The notes: generated from the sequence alone by a model not told the origin. Positions 10,232 through 22,673 are shown, numbered from the whole stretch's first letter. The stretch is DNA of 59,477 nucleotides, filler included, from an uncultured virus (IMG/VR IMGVR_UViG_2049941000_000270) (3 parts of one record of this genome joined end to end with filler, not necessarily neighbours in it), one strand, 5' to 3'. Translations and numbers: made by a program.

Positions 10232-10947
10232 ATACCTTTGCTGGTTCCAGGATCACATTCACCTTGTTTGCTTTCCAATTGGTTGTCACCACTTTTTGGT
10301 CAACCTCATTAGAACTGAAATCAAATTCAAGACCACTTACACCTGTAAATAGAAGGTCATCAAATGTAATCCTGTATAATGAACGGTTATAACAGTCCAG
10401 GATTTCCATACCTGGTGTTGCCGGAATAAATTTCAGATCTGGTTCTGCTGTATAGTAATACATAAAGAGGTCTGTCAACATTGACCATATTATATATGCC
10501 GAATCCAACTGAAAGGTAATTGTCATAGATTTCTTCCATAAGAAGTCTGGAAAGAAGTCAGACCTCTTTATCCTTCCATATGGAGTTCCTCTATCCACCT
10601 GTTCAATTGGTTCATATTCAGCAGGGTTCACTTCNNNNNNNNNNTGAATCCAACTGAAAGGTAATAGTCATAGATTTCTTCCATAAGAAGTCAGGAAAGA
10701 AGTCAGACCTCTTTATCCTTCCATATGGGGTTCCTCTATCCACCTGTTCAATTGGTTCATATTCAGCAGGGTTCACTTCAAGTTCAACAGACTTGATACT
10801 GTAGTTAAGAAAATCAACAACAGTGGTACACATATTTCCCGGTATTCTGTTAAGGATTGGAGAATACTTATCTTCTATCTCCTTTGGAACAAACACCTTT
10901 GGAAAATCAAACTTGAAGTTATTATTTTTTCCGCTTAAAAAAGCCAT
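10230..10947 (-). CDS. Tail tube/baseplate-tube-like protein (two overlapping variant fragments)
   Basis: NNNFKFDFP...YSIKSVEL...MTITFQLDSAYIIW...FTGVSGLEFD resembles T4 gp19/gp3-type folds; CATAAATA motif at 10972-10979 on minus strand. Confidence 0.5.
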
Positions 10948-11033
10948 ACAATATTCAGATGATATATATTGTATTTATGAAAAAAGTGGTCATTCCAAAA
11001 GGAACAACCACTTATTCTTTTATAAATCAGTAT

Positions 11034-12311
11034 TTAAGAAATCTTCAACCTGACTGTCTTTTTGACCACATCCACATTTTCAACCGGAAGTTCTACTTCC
11101 TGACCTACTGTGAGTTTGTCAATCTCAACAACCTTTGATGAGAGGAAGAATGTGATTCCATTGAACTCCTCAGAGAGAATAACCACACCATTGTCAAAGA
11201 TGTTCTTTACAACACCCTTCAACTTATAATCAGGTGTCTTCTCAATGGTCTCCTTCAACTTATCCCAACCCTCTGACTTACTTACAGTCTGGGTAATAAT
11301 AACCTTCTCATCACTGATACTATCAATGTAGAAGTCAATAGAATCACCAACCTTAAGTTGACCACTCTTAAACTTAGCTTCTGTAACCTCATTCATTTCA
11401 GATACAGAAAGTAAAGTGGCAACACACTTGTCAATAAGGATGAATACACCAAAGTGCTTAATAGATGAAACAACACCGGTAACAACACTACCCTTGTCAA
11501 GGTTGATGAGTCTATCAAGAACACCAGGTTTGAGAGTATTGAGGTATTCCTTGTGTGATACAATGATACTGTCCTTAATCTGATTGACAGGCATTACAAA
11601 CAGTTCTTTATTAAGGAGATCATTGAAGTTGTTGAGAGGAACAATATCTGACTCGGTACCAGGCATAAAACACCTGACACCCTTGATGTCAACAATAAAT
11701 CCATTGAATACATTTGCATTATTGTACACAATCTCCTTCACAAGACCNNNNNNNNNNTGGAACAATATCTGACTCAGTACCAGGCATAAAACACCTGACA
11801 CCCTTGATGTCAACAATGAATCCATTGAATACATTTGCATTATTGTACACAATCTCCTTCACAAGACCCAGATATGCTGATGTAGGAGTCTGGATTTCAC
11901 TTATAAGTTCCTGTTTCAGTCTCTCTACCTGTGCTGCTTTTGAAGAGGCATCAGCATTGAGATGACCTCTGTTCTTTGTTACAACAACATCAATCTTGTC
12001 ACCTACATTAACCTTCTCATTGGCATTTATCTCAACAAATACTGAATGCTTCTGCGAAAGAGCAATATCAGCCGTTGATTTTTCCTCATCATATCTGGAA
12101 ATCTCACCCCTTCTGACATCTTTAAACTTTCCAAGTCTCTCATATTCAACAATAGCATCCAGAACATCACCAGAGCATGACTGTGAATATTTCTTCATTG
12201 CCTCAACTACATAAGGCTTGTTACAAAGGATTCTTTCACCTTTGTGTACAGGAATTTCAACAACTTGGGAATTCAGGGGATCTGATTCAGAAAAGATTTC
12301 AATTCTTTGAG
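11034..12311 (-). CDS. rpsA: Ribosomal protein S1 (bS1)-like multi-S1-domain protein (gapped, internal duplicate)
   Basis: GFIVDIKGVRCFMPGTESDIVP...IIVSHKEYL and KGSVVTGVVSSIKHFGVFILI...LLSVSEM align with bS1 domains 2 and 3; about four OB domains. Confidence 0.75.
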
Positions 12312-12321
12312 NNNNNNNNNN

Positions 12322-13099
12322 CATCTTCAGGAATATCATTCTCACTGCGGTTAAACTCCTCCTCTATAGTGTTGAGGTCAGTACCCAACTGACGGGTTAC
12401 AGCATTATCCTTCTGAATCTGACGGACAGCATTTGAAACTGACTGACCACAGTTTGCCCAACACTCAAGGAAAGTACGGGCTTCATAGAATCCCTTACCA
12501 TTAAAGTCCTCCATAATGAATCTCCAAAGACTCAAAACACTTGCAGAACGGAGGATGATGGTATTATCAAACTCTTTGGAATTAACCCATGCCTTGTTCT
12601 CCTCCATATTGCGGACCAGGACCATAAGGTTGACAGCAGTCTTTGCATTGAATGATACATTATGGTAGAGATATTCAAGGAGCTGCTTGAACACCTTCTT
12701 ACCCTTTGCAGGATTAATAGGTTCATCATCCTTCTCTGGTTTTGGTGCAATCTCAATATGATACTCCTTGATTGTATCATTCCTGTATGCCTCCTCAAAC
12801 TTCTTTGCCAACCCATCAAGAATGGTCTTGAGTTCAGACTGCTTGTATGAGAGTTCAGCAATCTTCTTTTCTGTCTCTTCTATTCTTGCATTTGTGGAAT
12901 CAACATGACCCTTCTGGAGTTCATACTCCTTTGAACCAACACCAAATACTGTCTCTGCATTCTTCAAGTCTTTCTGATGACCAATCAACTCTTCCTTGAT
13001 TGACTCAAGTTCAGTGCGGGTCTTCTGTAACTCTTCCACTCTCTTTACTGCATCAGCAATCTGCTCATCAGTAACAACTACTTTTACTTCTTCTACCAT
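12322..13099 (-). CDS. Hypothetical coiled-coil protein
   Basis: ORF from MVEEVKVVVT; heptad-rich N-half; variant duplicate at 13113-13176. Confidence 0.6.
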
Positions 13100-13523
13100 T
13101 TTNNNNNNNNNNTCATCAAGAATGGGCTTGAGTTCAGACTGCTTGTATGAGAGTTCAGCAATCTTCTTTTCTGTCTNNNNNNNNNNNNNNNNNNNNNNNN
13201 NNNNNNNNNNNNNNNNNNNNNNNNNNNNNNNNNNNNNNNNNNNNNNNNNNNNNNNNNNNNNNNNNNNNNNNNNNNNNNNNNNNNNNNNNNNNNNNNNNNN
13301 NNNNNNNNNNNNNNNNNNNNNNNNNNNNNNNNNNNNNNNNNNNNNNNNNNNNNNNNNNNNNNNNNNNNNNNNNNNNNNNNNNNNNNNNNNNNNNNNNNNN
13401 NNNNNNNNNNNNNNNNNNNNNNNNNNNNNNNNNNNNNNNNNNNNNNNNNNNNNNNNNNNNNNNNNNNNNNNNNNNNNNNNNNNNNNNNNNNNNNNNNNNN
13501 NNNNNNNNNNNNNNNNNNNNNNN

Positions 13524-13724
13524 ACAACTGATGGTCTTTGAACCATTCTTATATTTACTGTCCCTTACTTCAACATTATATATCTCAACACTAATAATAG
13601 TTTCATAATCCACATTACTGACATATTTTCTGTACAATATTTCAGTAATCTGTCCAGATACTACCTGGTTTTCAAACATCAACCATGCCTTATCTCCAAT
13701 ATGTTTTTCAAATTCTATTTCCAT
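13524..13724 (-). CDS. Small hypothetical protein (paralog of the adjacent 13726 gene)
   Basis: KHIGDKAWLMFEN; truncated by gap. Confidence 0.55.
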
Positions 13725-13725
13725 A

Positions 13726-13932
13726 TCACAATGATTTTAATAATTCTTCCTTTGATGTGTATAACTTATACTCATCATAATCGGTTGTTTCATGGTTTAA
13801 CTGATAGGTCACCTTGGTCTTCTGTGCATTCACAATAATTTGAACCTGTGTTATGATCCTCTCTGCTGCCTTATTTTCATAGATAAGCCAGACTTTATCT
13901 CCAATATCATATTTTGTCTTTACTTTCTGCAT
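13726..13932 (-). CDS. Small hypothetical protein
   Basis: MQKVKTKYDIGDKVWLIYEN...LYTSKEELLKSL. Confidence 0.6.
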   Translation of the reverse strand: MQKVKTKYDIGDKVWLIYENKAAERIITQVQIIVNAQKTKVTYQLNHETTDYDEYKLYTSKEELLKSL

Positions 13933-13933
13933 A

Positions 13934-14401
13934 TTAAAATAATGATTTTTCTGTTTCACTTTCCTTATTGACATTCTTGTCAACCAAAACCTTTTCCTTA
14001 TTATTAAAGAAATTGGACTTTATCAGTTTGAGTGCCTTATCCACTTCATCCTTATTGACACCATATGCCTCTTCAACTTCCCGGATACCACACTCATTAA
14101 TCTCCATATACTTATTAAGGACATCATCCTCATAATATGTCCGGATGGTCTCCTTCTTCTTTTTCTGGTCAATCCTGGTCTTCAGAAAATTTGGAAGTCC
14201 ATTATATCTCATTGCCAGCATTGCAACAATCTCTGAAGCAGCCAGAGGATCAGTATCAAGTCTGTTGATAAGTTCACACTGGATTGGGAACTGTGCAGAG
14301 AAAAGTCTTCTCAACATATATGAATACTTTCTCTTGTCTTCTTTTGATACTGCACCTGAATTTCTATTACAGTAACAATTCAATACCTCAAATAGTTCCA
14401 T
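13934..14401 (-). CDS. Hypothetical protein, possibly clamp-loader small subunit (gp62-like)
   Basis: MELFEVLN...KYSYMLRRLFS...ELINRL pattern and size resemble gp62; directly downstream of RNase H. Confidence 0.35.
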   Translation of the reverse strand: MELFEVLNCYCNRNSGAVSKEDKRKYSYMLRRLFSAQFPIQCELINRLDTDPLAASEIVAMLAMRYNGLPNFLKTRIDQKKKKETIRTYYEDDVLNKYMEINECGIREVEEAYGVNKDEVDKALKLIKSNFFNNKEKVLVDKNVNKESETEKSLF

Positions 14402-14403
14402 CT

Positions 14404-15864
14404 TTATCCCTTAATAAAACTCATATCACCATCATCCTTGATTCCCTTCATCACATTACTCCTCATCTGGATACTGGTCTTATAATCCTTAAACCTTGAC
14501 TTGGAGAAGATCACTTCCTTTGTAATCTTTGAAAGGATTGCCGGATTCTTTGCATTTTCAATCTCAATATCAGTTCCCATATTGGTGATGACATCCTCAG
14601 GAATACTCTCATCTGTCAATGATACAAGAGAGGTATTGGTCTTTATGTTCTCAAACAACATCCTCCTGGTGAACTCCTCATCATTTATCTTGGCAACATC
14701 ATAAATGACATTACACAGAAGTTTGATGGTATCTTCTTGTCCATAGATGTGATAATCAAACTCACAACCTAATTTATCCTTGAACTGATCATATATCTTT
14801 TCAACAGTCTTGGGTCCAAGACCCTTTGCCCTGGTTTCCTCTGTTGCTGCCTTGTAATAGACAGGGAATATGTTGTCTGATGTATCACCACCGACNNNNN
14901 NNNNNTAATGATACAAGAGATGTATTGGTCTTTATGTTCTCAAACAACATTCTCCTGGTAAACTCCTCATCATTTATCTTGGCAACATCATAAATGACAT
15001 TACACAGGAGTTTGATGGTGTCTTCCTGTCCATAGATGTGATAGTCAAACTCACAACCTAATTTATCCTTGAACTGGTCATATATCTTTTCAACAGTCTT
15101 GGGTCCCAGGCCTTTCGCTCTTGTCTCATCTGTGGCTGCCTTGTAATAGACAGGGAATATGTTGTCTGATGTATCACCACCGACAATTTTCATAAATCTC
15201 ACCTTCTCAGGATCAACCACTTCAACATTCACTCCCTCAACAAATCTTTCAAATGGGTCATTCTCAATTGAGATTGTAAAGAACTCATTGAAGAGATTCT
15301 CCTGGGTAATCTGTCTGTTACTCAACTTCTTTATCTCCTTGTCTGATGTTTCAGATACCCACAATTTGTTGTTTACAGGACCATACTGAATGATATGTAC
15401 ACCACCCACACACTTCACCAACTGGTTAAGGTCCCTGTCAGTGGAAAGTATAAGACTTGACTTACCTTCATTGAAAAGATATTCACTCCATGCATAAATC
15501 AAATCATCACCCTCGCTTCTTTCAACCTGACTCACCTTCACACCGACAGATCTCAATGTGTCAGCAAAATTGGATATGACTTTATTGAAATTATTCTTGT
15601 CTATGTCTTCCTGGACTTTCTTCCTGTTTCCTTTATACTCCTGCTGAAGAAGAAGATCCTTTCTCCAGGAATGACTGTCCATAATAAACANNNNNNNNNN
15701 CCCTGTTTGATAACAGAACAGAAATCAACCATCAACTTCTTTTCAAAGGTATCCATATCCTTCTGTGAAGTGAGAACCTTTGATTTACCTCCCTGTCGGA
15801 AAGTAGACCAAAGACTCCTGAAGAAGAAGTTATGTCCGTCTATAATTAATGTAAATCTTTTCAT
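14404..15864 (-). CDS. T4 RNase H-like 5'-3' exonuclease (gapped, with variant duplicate)
   Basis: IIDGHNFFFR, DSHSWRK, YKGNRK, EGDDLI, STDRDLNQL, GGDTSDNI FEN/5'-nuclease motifs. Confidence 0.9.
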
Positions 15865-15870
15865 ACAATA

Positions 15871-15883
15871 TAAATATAACAAA
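15871..15883 (-). promoter_or_regulatory. Putative middle promoter TTTGTTATATTTA
   Basis: Exact motif ending 6 nt before the RNase H ATG. Confidence 0.6.
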
Positions 15884-15884
15884 A

Positions 15885-16121
15885 TTAGTCAACATAATTG
15901 GTTAAAACTCTGATATTTGGTTTTTGTTCCCGTATCAGTTGAGGAAACAAAGCAAAATAATCATATATGTTCTTATCCAACTGGTTAAGTTCCTCCTTGT
16001 TGTTATTGAGAAACATGCTTATAAAACTGATATAGTCATCATATGCAAAATCTAAAATAAACTTTCTGTCAAGATATGAGTTGGGAATCTGACCATTACA
16101 TATGAATATCTTGTTGAGCAT
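15885..16121 (-). CDS. Hypothetical protein
   Basis: 78-aa ATG-initiated ORF co-oriented with neighbours. Confidence 0.45.
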   Translation of the reverse strand: MLNKIFICNGQIPNSYLDRKFILDFAYDDYISFISMFLNNNKEELNQLDKNIYDYFALFPQLIREQKPNIRVLTNYVD

Positions 16122-16886
16122 ATCTATTATTCTCTGTGAAAACNNNNNNNNNNCTTGAAAGTGATGTATTTGAGTTTCTTGAACATCCTCAATGAACTGA
16201 TCATTATATTCATAATATCCTTATTCACATCCAGTTTCAATGAATCCTGATATGCCTGACAACAGATAAAGACATTCAGAGCATCAATTGTCGGAACATC
16301 CTTCCATACATCATCTTCAGTCTTATACTGGGGAAGCATCAGTTCAAAAGTATTTTCAAGACCAAGAACACAAAAGTCATTCAAAGGACAGAACAGGGTA
16401 ATGGTATGTACCTGATTTATCCTTGATAATACATCATCTCTATCTCCGGTCATCAAATNNNNNNNNNNNNNNNNNNNNNNNNNNNNNNNNNNNNNNNNNN
16501 NNNNNNNNNNNNNNNNNNNNNNNNNNNNNNNNNNNNNNNNNNNNNNNNNNNNNNNNNNNNNNNNNNNNNNNNNNNNNNNNNNNNNNNNNNNNNNNNNNNN
16601 NNNNNNNNNNNNNNNNNNNNNNNNNNNNNNNNNNNNNNNNNNNNNNNNNNNNNNNNNNNNNNNNNNNNNNNNNNNNNNNNNNNNNNNNNNNNNNNNNNNN
16701 NNNNNNNNNNNNNNNNNNNNNNNNNNNNNNNNNNNNNNNNNNNNNNNNNNNNNNNNNNNNNNNNNNNNNNNNNNNNNNNNNNNNNNNNNNNNNNNNNNNN
16801 NNNNNNNNNNNNNNNNNNNNNNNNNNNNNNNNNNNNNNNNNNNNNNNNNNNNNNNNNNNNNNNNNNNNNNNNNNNNNNNNNNNNNT

Positions 16887-17261
16887 TCATGGGAGTTCAA
16901 ACTGTGTAAATGGTTTGATCTCACACCGGAAGTATTGGAATGGGCATCAGAACCTGTATCAATAAAGTACTTCTTTACCCTGGACAATAAAATGCACACT
17001 TATTATCCGGATTTCTATTTTGCCTTTCAGAAACCTGATGGTAAAATAGTGAAGTATATAGTTGAGGTAAAACCAACAGCACAACTTCAGAAACCTGAAG
17101 AACCTAAAAGGAAAACAGTCAATGCTGTAAAGAATTACAATTACTTGATGGAAGCATACATCAAGAATACTTGTAAGAGGCAATATGCAAAGAAATGGTG
17201 TTCTGAAAATGGTTATGTCTTTGTTTATGTCACAGAGAAGTCCAACTTGAATTTTTTATAA
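16887..17261 (+). CDS. Head completion nuclease gp4-like (TnsA-type PD-(D/E)XK), 5' truncated
   Basis: SWEFKLCKWFD...WASEPVSIKY...HTYYPDFY...IVEVKP...AKKWC...FVYVTE. Confidence 0.85.
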   Translation, partial: SWEFKLCKWFDLTPEVLEWASEPVSIKYFFTLDNKMHTYYPDFYFAFQKPDGKIVKYIVEVKPTAQLQKPEEPKRKTVNAVKNYNYLMEAYIKNTCKRQYAKKWCSENGYVFVYVTEKSNLNFL

Positions 17262-17296
17262 CTATTATTCTTATAATATACAAACGGGCCATTTCT

Positions 17297-17304
17297 CATA
17301 AATA
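17297..17304 (+). promoter_or_regulatory. Putative late promoter CATAAATA
   Basis: Exact motif upstream of tape-measure-like gene. Confidence 0.65.
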
Positions 17305-17328
17305 TTATACATAAGATAATTGTCTTTA

Positions 17329-19869
17329 ATGCCAGCAGATAAGAGTTTAAAGGATCTGTCTAATGCAGTCTATAGGATTGCAGAGAATTCACCAAAGATT
17401 CAGAAGGATGTCAAGGATATCAGGGATGCTGTATGTGGTACAGAAGGTATCCTTGAGTCTTTACATACCATTGGTGAAAAGATTGATGGATCCCAGAAAA
17501 AAGATGTTCTGTCAAGGACATCAGGTAGGAGGACAGATCCTGGCCTGAACACAAAGAAAATCCTCAGAAGTACAAATTCAATTACCACCCTCCTTAAGAA
17601 AATACTTGGTAGTGTTGATTCCATTTCATCAAAAGGTGGAAGAAACAGGAGATTACATGCAGAGAATTTCAGAAGGGATGATGATAGAAGAATCAGGAAT
17701 GTAAAAAGTCTTGAATCATTGTCAAAGTCTGTAGAAATTATAGAAAGACTCAAGAATATCAAACTCAAGGATTTCATCTTTGCAAAGAAAAAGATGAAAA
17801 ATTTAGGTAAGATAATGGGAAGAGCCTTGTCTATATTNNNNNNNNNNCAATTGAAAAGGTATTACTTGGAGGTAAAAAGAATCCAAATGGAGGTCTTCTT
17901 GGAATATTCAGGAAACTCAGTAAAAATGAAAGACACATAAAGAAAGGTAAGAAATCAATTAATGATATTCTCAAATCATGTGGATCATTCCTGTTGACAT
18001 CTATGATTCTTGTTGGTATTGCCGCTGTTTCAGTACCTGCTATGTTGGGAGCTCTTCTTATGAAGGGTGTTGTATGGTTACTTGTAGGAACATATAAATT
18101 CCTCAGTAAGTCTGCCAAATCTGTAACAAAGGGTTCTATTGTATTGCTGTTGATGAGTTCAAGTGTAATCACATTTGCTCTTGGACTTGGAGTTATGGCA
18201 ATAGCAACAAAACATATGAGTTGGAAACAATTTGGAATGATGATGGCAAGTATTGGTGCCCTTGGTGCAACAATGGCAGTACTTGGTATTCCTGTTGTTG
18301 CTGCCCTTGCTGCTCTTGGTAGTTCTGTATTGTTACTGATGGGAGCATCCCTTGGTATATTTGCATTGTCTCTTTTAGCATGGAGTAAGGTTGATGCAAA
18401 ACCGGCAATGAATAATATCAAGATAGCAGTCAATGGATTGAAGGAAGTATTTGGTCTTGATTCAAATAAAAATGAAGGTGAAAAGAAACCATTTCTCAAA
18501 AAACTTGCCGGAGGAGTTATGGATATTGCTATGGCAGTTCTTAACTTTGGTAAGATGTTCTTTACAATGGGAACATTACTTCTTACTGGTGCTGCATTAG
18601 GATTGTTGTATAAAGGTATAAAACCTTGGTCAAATTTTGATGGAAGAAAGGCTGCTGGAAATATCAGAACTGCAATCAATGCTTTGAAAGATGTGTTTGG
18701 TCTTAATGAAGTAAAGGGAGATAACTCTGGTAAATTAAAAGGACTGGGTGGAGGTATTCTTGATCTGGGTATTTCAATATTACAGGGTGGAAAAGCATTT
18801 GTACAACTGGGTACAATTGTTATTGCAACAGCAATGATGGATATTGTAAGACTCACTATGATTCCCTGGATAAAAGACTTTGATTCCAAGAAAGCTGCAA
18901 CAAATATGAAGACTGCCATTGATGCATTGAAAGATACCTTTGGTCTTAATGACAGAAATGGTCAGAGTATTGAAGCAAAAGCAAAGGGTGGATTGAGTGA
19001 TTTGATAGGTCTTGCATCTTCAATATTTCAGATGGGTTCAACATTTGCCAGGATGGGTACTCTTGTATTTGCAACAGCAATGATGGATGTTATAAGACTC
19101 ACATTGATTCCTTGGAATAATTATGATCCAACACCCGCCATTGGTAATATGGAAATTGCTGTAAAGGGATTGTCTGAATGTTTTGGATTGAGAGAAAACA
19201 ACCAGAGTGTAAAGGATAGTATTCTTGGTTCTATTTCAGATTTGTTTTCACTTGGTTCAGGTCTTCTTAAGATGGGTGACACATTTGTCAGGATGGGTAC
19301 ACTCCTTATTGCTACTGGAGCAATGAATAAGATTAAGGACAATCTTATGGTTTGGGAAAGTTATAAACCTACCAATGCTATAACAAATATCAGAACCACT
19401 GTTGACAGTCTTCTTGATGTATTTGGTCTTACAGGAATTCAAAGAATGGAAGATGAGATTGATAATGATACTTCCGGTAGATTTGGAAAGGTACTTGGAA
19501 AGATTGGTAATGCCCTTGCTAAACCATTTGAATTAGCAACCTCTTTAGCTGATACGGCTGTAGCTGCTGCTGAAGGAGGAAAGTCAATGTTGAAGATGTC
19601 AAGTATCCTTAATGTTACATCTACAATGGCAACCATAAAGGGTACACTTGAATCATGGGAAACATTTAATCCATCAAAGTCATTGGAACCTTTTAACAAG
19701 AGTATCCGTAGTGTTAATACATTGGATATTGAAAAGGCATCAATAATGATTGACCTCTTCAAGTCATTCACCAATATTAAGCAGAAACCATTTGACAAGT
19801 TTACAATGTCTGTAAATAAGTTCTCAGAATCTTGTGCTGAACTCATTGAAGTTCTTAACAACTTCAATG
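17329..19869 (+). CDS. Tape-measure-like protein with hydrophobic helices and ~81-aa repeats (gapped)
   Basis: Ala/Gly/Leu/Met-rich amphipathic helices, TM-like stretches, five xxxAxxxLKxxFGL repeats. Confidence 0.6.
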
Positions 19870-19980
19870 NNNNNNNNNNNNNNNNNNNNNNNNNNNNNNN
19901 NNNNNNNNNNNNNNNNNNNNNNNNNNNNNNNNNNNNNNNNNNNNNNNNNNNNNNNNNNNNNNNNNNNNNNNNNNNNNNNN

Positions 19981-20879
19981 CAAGAGTTCTATGGATTATG
20001 TAAATATTCCTCTTGATACTCTTCCAAGTGGTGGTAGATTCTATCCGGAAGGAACACGAATTCTCATTCGTGCTGCAAGAGTTGGTGAAATCAGAGAGTT
20101 CTCAATAATCAATGAGGAAGATCCAAAGGACATCAGGGATAAGATGACCTACATTGTTTCACAGTGTACAAAGGTTTATTATGGAAATACCCCTGGTCAT
20201 TACAAGGATATTCTTGAAGATGACAGGATTGTTCTTGTATTCAAGATAAGGGAACTTACCTTTACAGATGCAAGACAGAGTATAAAGATTCCAGTACCTG
20301 AAGGTTCATGCCAGACTCCAGGATGTCATCCACAGGAGACTGTTGACTTTGATTCAAGTAAACTTGAGTTCCTACAACCAAGTGAGAAACTTGAAAAGTA
20401 CTATGACCCGGTTGAAAGATGTTACAACATTCAGACTAAGAGTTTTGGTACAATCAAATTATATCCTCCTACAATTGGTGTGACATCAGTTATTGCTGAC
20501 TGGATAAGGGAACAACAGAGAGAAGATAAAAAAATTGATGCAGCCCTTGCAGATATTCTCCCTTATATTATTAAGGATTGGAGGACATTCTCATCAAAGC
20601 AGGTATTCTCAAAGATTACTGAGATGGCAGGATGGCCAACAGAGAAGTTTGCATTGGTTCTCAGACTCAANNNNNNNNNNAGAGATGGCAGGATGGCCAA
20701 CAGAGAAGTTTGCATTGGTTCTCAGACTCAAGGATGAAATCACTGTTGGAATTGAGTTTGAAATAAAAGAAAGATGTGCTCAGTGCGGAGGTGAGTTGAC
20801 TATTCCAGTTTCCTTTCCCGAAGGATTCAGATCCTTATTTGTTCCGACAATTTCTGATCTCGGAGACGAACTTCTATGA
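19981..20879 (+). CDS. Baseplate hub assembly protein gp26-like
   Basis: LPSGGRFYP...IRAA...EDDRIVLVFKIRELTF, C-terminal CAQCGGE; short internal duplicate at the 20671 gap. Confidence 0.7.
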
Positions 20880-20988
20880 TAACATTGTCATCGCTATGGA
20901 AAAACTCCATATGCAGTGGGATGTTATAATGAGTTTGAATTTCTATGATTTCCAGAATATCCTTGACAGTTATACAAGGATACTTGAA
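20839..20988 (+). CDS. Small gp51-like/tail chaperone ORF overlapping gp26-like gene (truncated)
   Basis: FYDNIVIAMEKLHMQWDVIMSLNFYDFQNILD resembles the short ORFs that follow gp26 homologs. Confidence 0.5.
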
Positions 20989-21507
20989 NNNNNNNNNNNN
21001 NNNNNNNNNNNNNNNNNNNNNNNNNNNNNNNNNNNNNNNNNNNNNNNNNNNNNNNNNNNNNNNNNNNNNNNNNNNNNNNNNNNNNNNNNNNNNNNNNNNN
21101 NNNNNNNNNNNNNNNNNNNNNNNNNNNNNNNNNNNNNNNNNNNNNNNNNNNNNNNNNNNNNNNNNNNNNNNNNNNNNNNNNNNNNNNNNNNNNNNNNNNN
21201 NNNNNNNNNNNNNNNNNNNNNNNNNNNNNNNNNNNNNNNNNNNNNNNNNNNNNNNNNNNNNNNNNNNNNNNNNNNNNNNNNNNNNNNNNNNNNNNNNNNN
21301 NNNNNNNNNNNNNNNNNNNNNNNNNNNNNNNNNNNNNNNNNNNNNNNNNNNNNNNNNNNNNNNNNNNNNNNNNNNNNNNNNNNNNNNNNNNNNNNNNNNN
21401 NNNNNNNNNNNNNNNNNNNNNNNNNNNNNNNNNNNNNNNNNNNNNNNNNNNNNNNNNNNNNNNNNNNNNNNNNNNNNNNNNNNNNNNNNNNNNGGTAGAA
21501 ACAATTT

Positions 21508-21550
21508 CGGGGTCCGCAAGACATAAGATTCTTTGGGGACCCCGTTGTTT
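21508..21550. terminator. GC-rich hairpin between convergent genes
   Basis: CGGGGTCC...GGACCCCG followed by TTGTTTT. Confidence 0.5.
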
Positions 21551-21569
21551 TATATGGTAAGTTCAGATG

Positions 21570-22673
21570 TTAATTATTATGTACATTACCAAGGTCTTTG
21601 GTGGTTTTTCTTTCTTTTTCTTCCTCACCTTCAACCTTACCTATATATTCCATAGTGTCAATATCAACAACCTTACTGTTCATAGCATTACCAAGATTCT
21701 TTGTAACAACTGTTGCCTTTTCCTTATCATTAAGGTATCCATATATATTACCTATATTCAAAGCATCTGCTGCTTTCTTTGGAGGAATACCAGTCTTATA
21801 CTGNNNNNNNNNNNNNNNNNNNNNNNNNNNNNNNNNNNNNNNNNNNNNNNNNNNNNNNNNNNNNNNNNNNNNNNNNNNNNNNNNNNNNNNNNNNNNNNNN
21901 NNNNNNNNNNNNNNNNNNNNNNNNNNNNNNNNNNTTTTCTCAATGCATCATCCATTGCTGTCAGTTCCTGATTCTTTTGGGAAACAGAACCTAATGCAAA
22001 GTTATTGACAACTGTTGTCTTATAGTGGTCATCAACAGCAACAGAAGTATCGTGTCTGATATAATCCCTGTAATCATTGTTATTTACATTACCCAGGACA
22101 CTCTTATCAAACCACCTTCTGAAGTTTCCATCAATACCAACAGTATTTTTTCTGTCAGCCCAACTGCTATTACTCAAAGAATCTTTCAGACTCTGGTAGT
22201 TACTTATTTCACCAGGTTTGATTTCATTGAAATTCTTATTAAGTACATACTTCCTCAAGTCTTCAAATGGCAGGAAGTTGATTACACAGTTACCATAAGT
22301 AAATGTAAATTTTGTTTTTCTTGCCTCATTATTTGGTAAATTTGAAACACTGTCAAACAATCCACCGGTTTCATTAGGAACAATCTCACAATCAAAGAAC
22401 TTGAACTCAATTGCTGATACATAGTTAAGGGCAAACTCTGCAATAGGAAACAAATCACCACTGTTCTCAACATTCGGGTTATTGATAGAGTTCTTGAAGT
22501 TCCTGATGTCATGTACAAAGATGGAACAATTGAATCTTCTCAAATTGATTGGAACCCTTTCTCTTCTGTATTGTCTGTCATATGCAGCATTGAAATACTT
22601 GTTAAACATTGATGTGACCCTCAAATCAAGAAACTCCATACATTCAATTGAAATCTTGTCATCTCCAGAACCC
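21570..22673 (-). CDS. Virion structural protein C-terminal region (tail-tube-like fold; gapped)
   Basis: IECMEFLDLRVTSMFNKYFNAAYD...NLRRFNCSIFVHDIR...FKFFDCEI. Confidence 0.45.
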
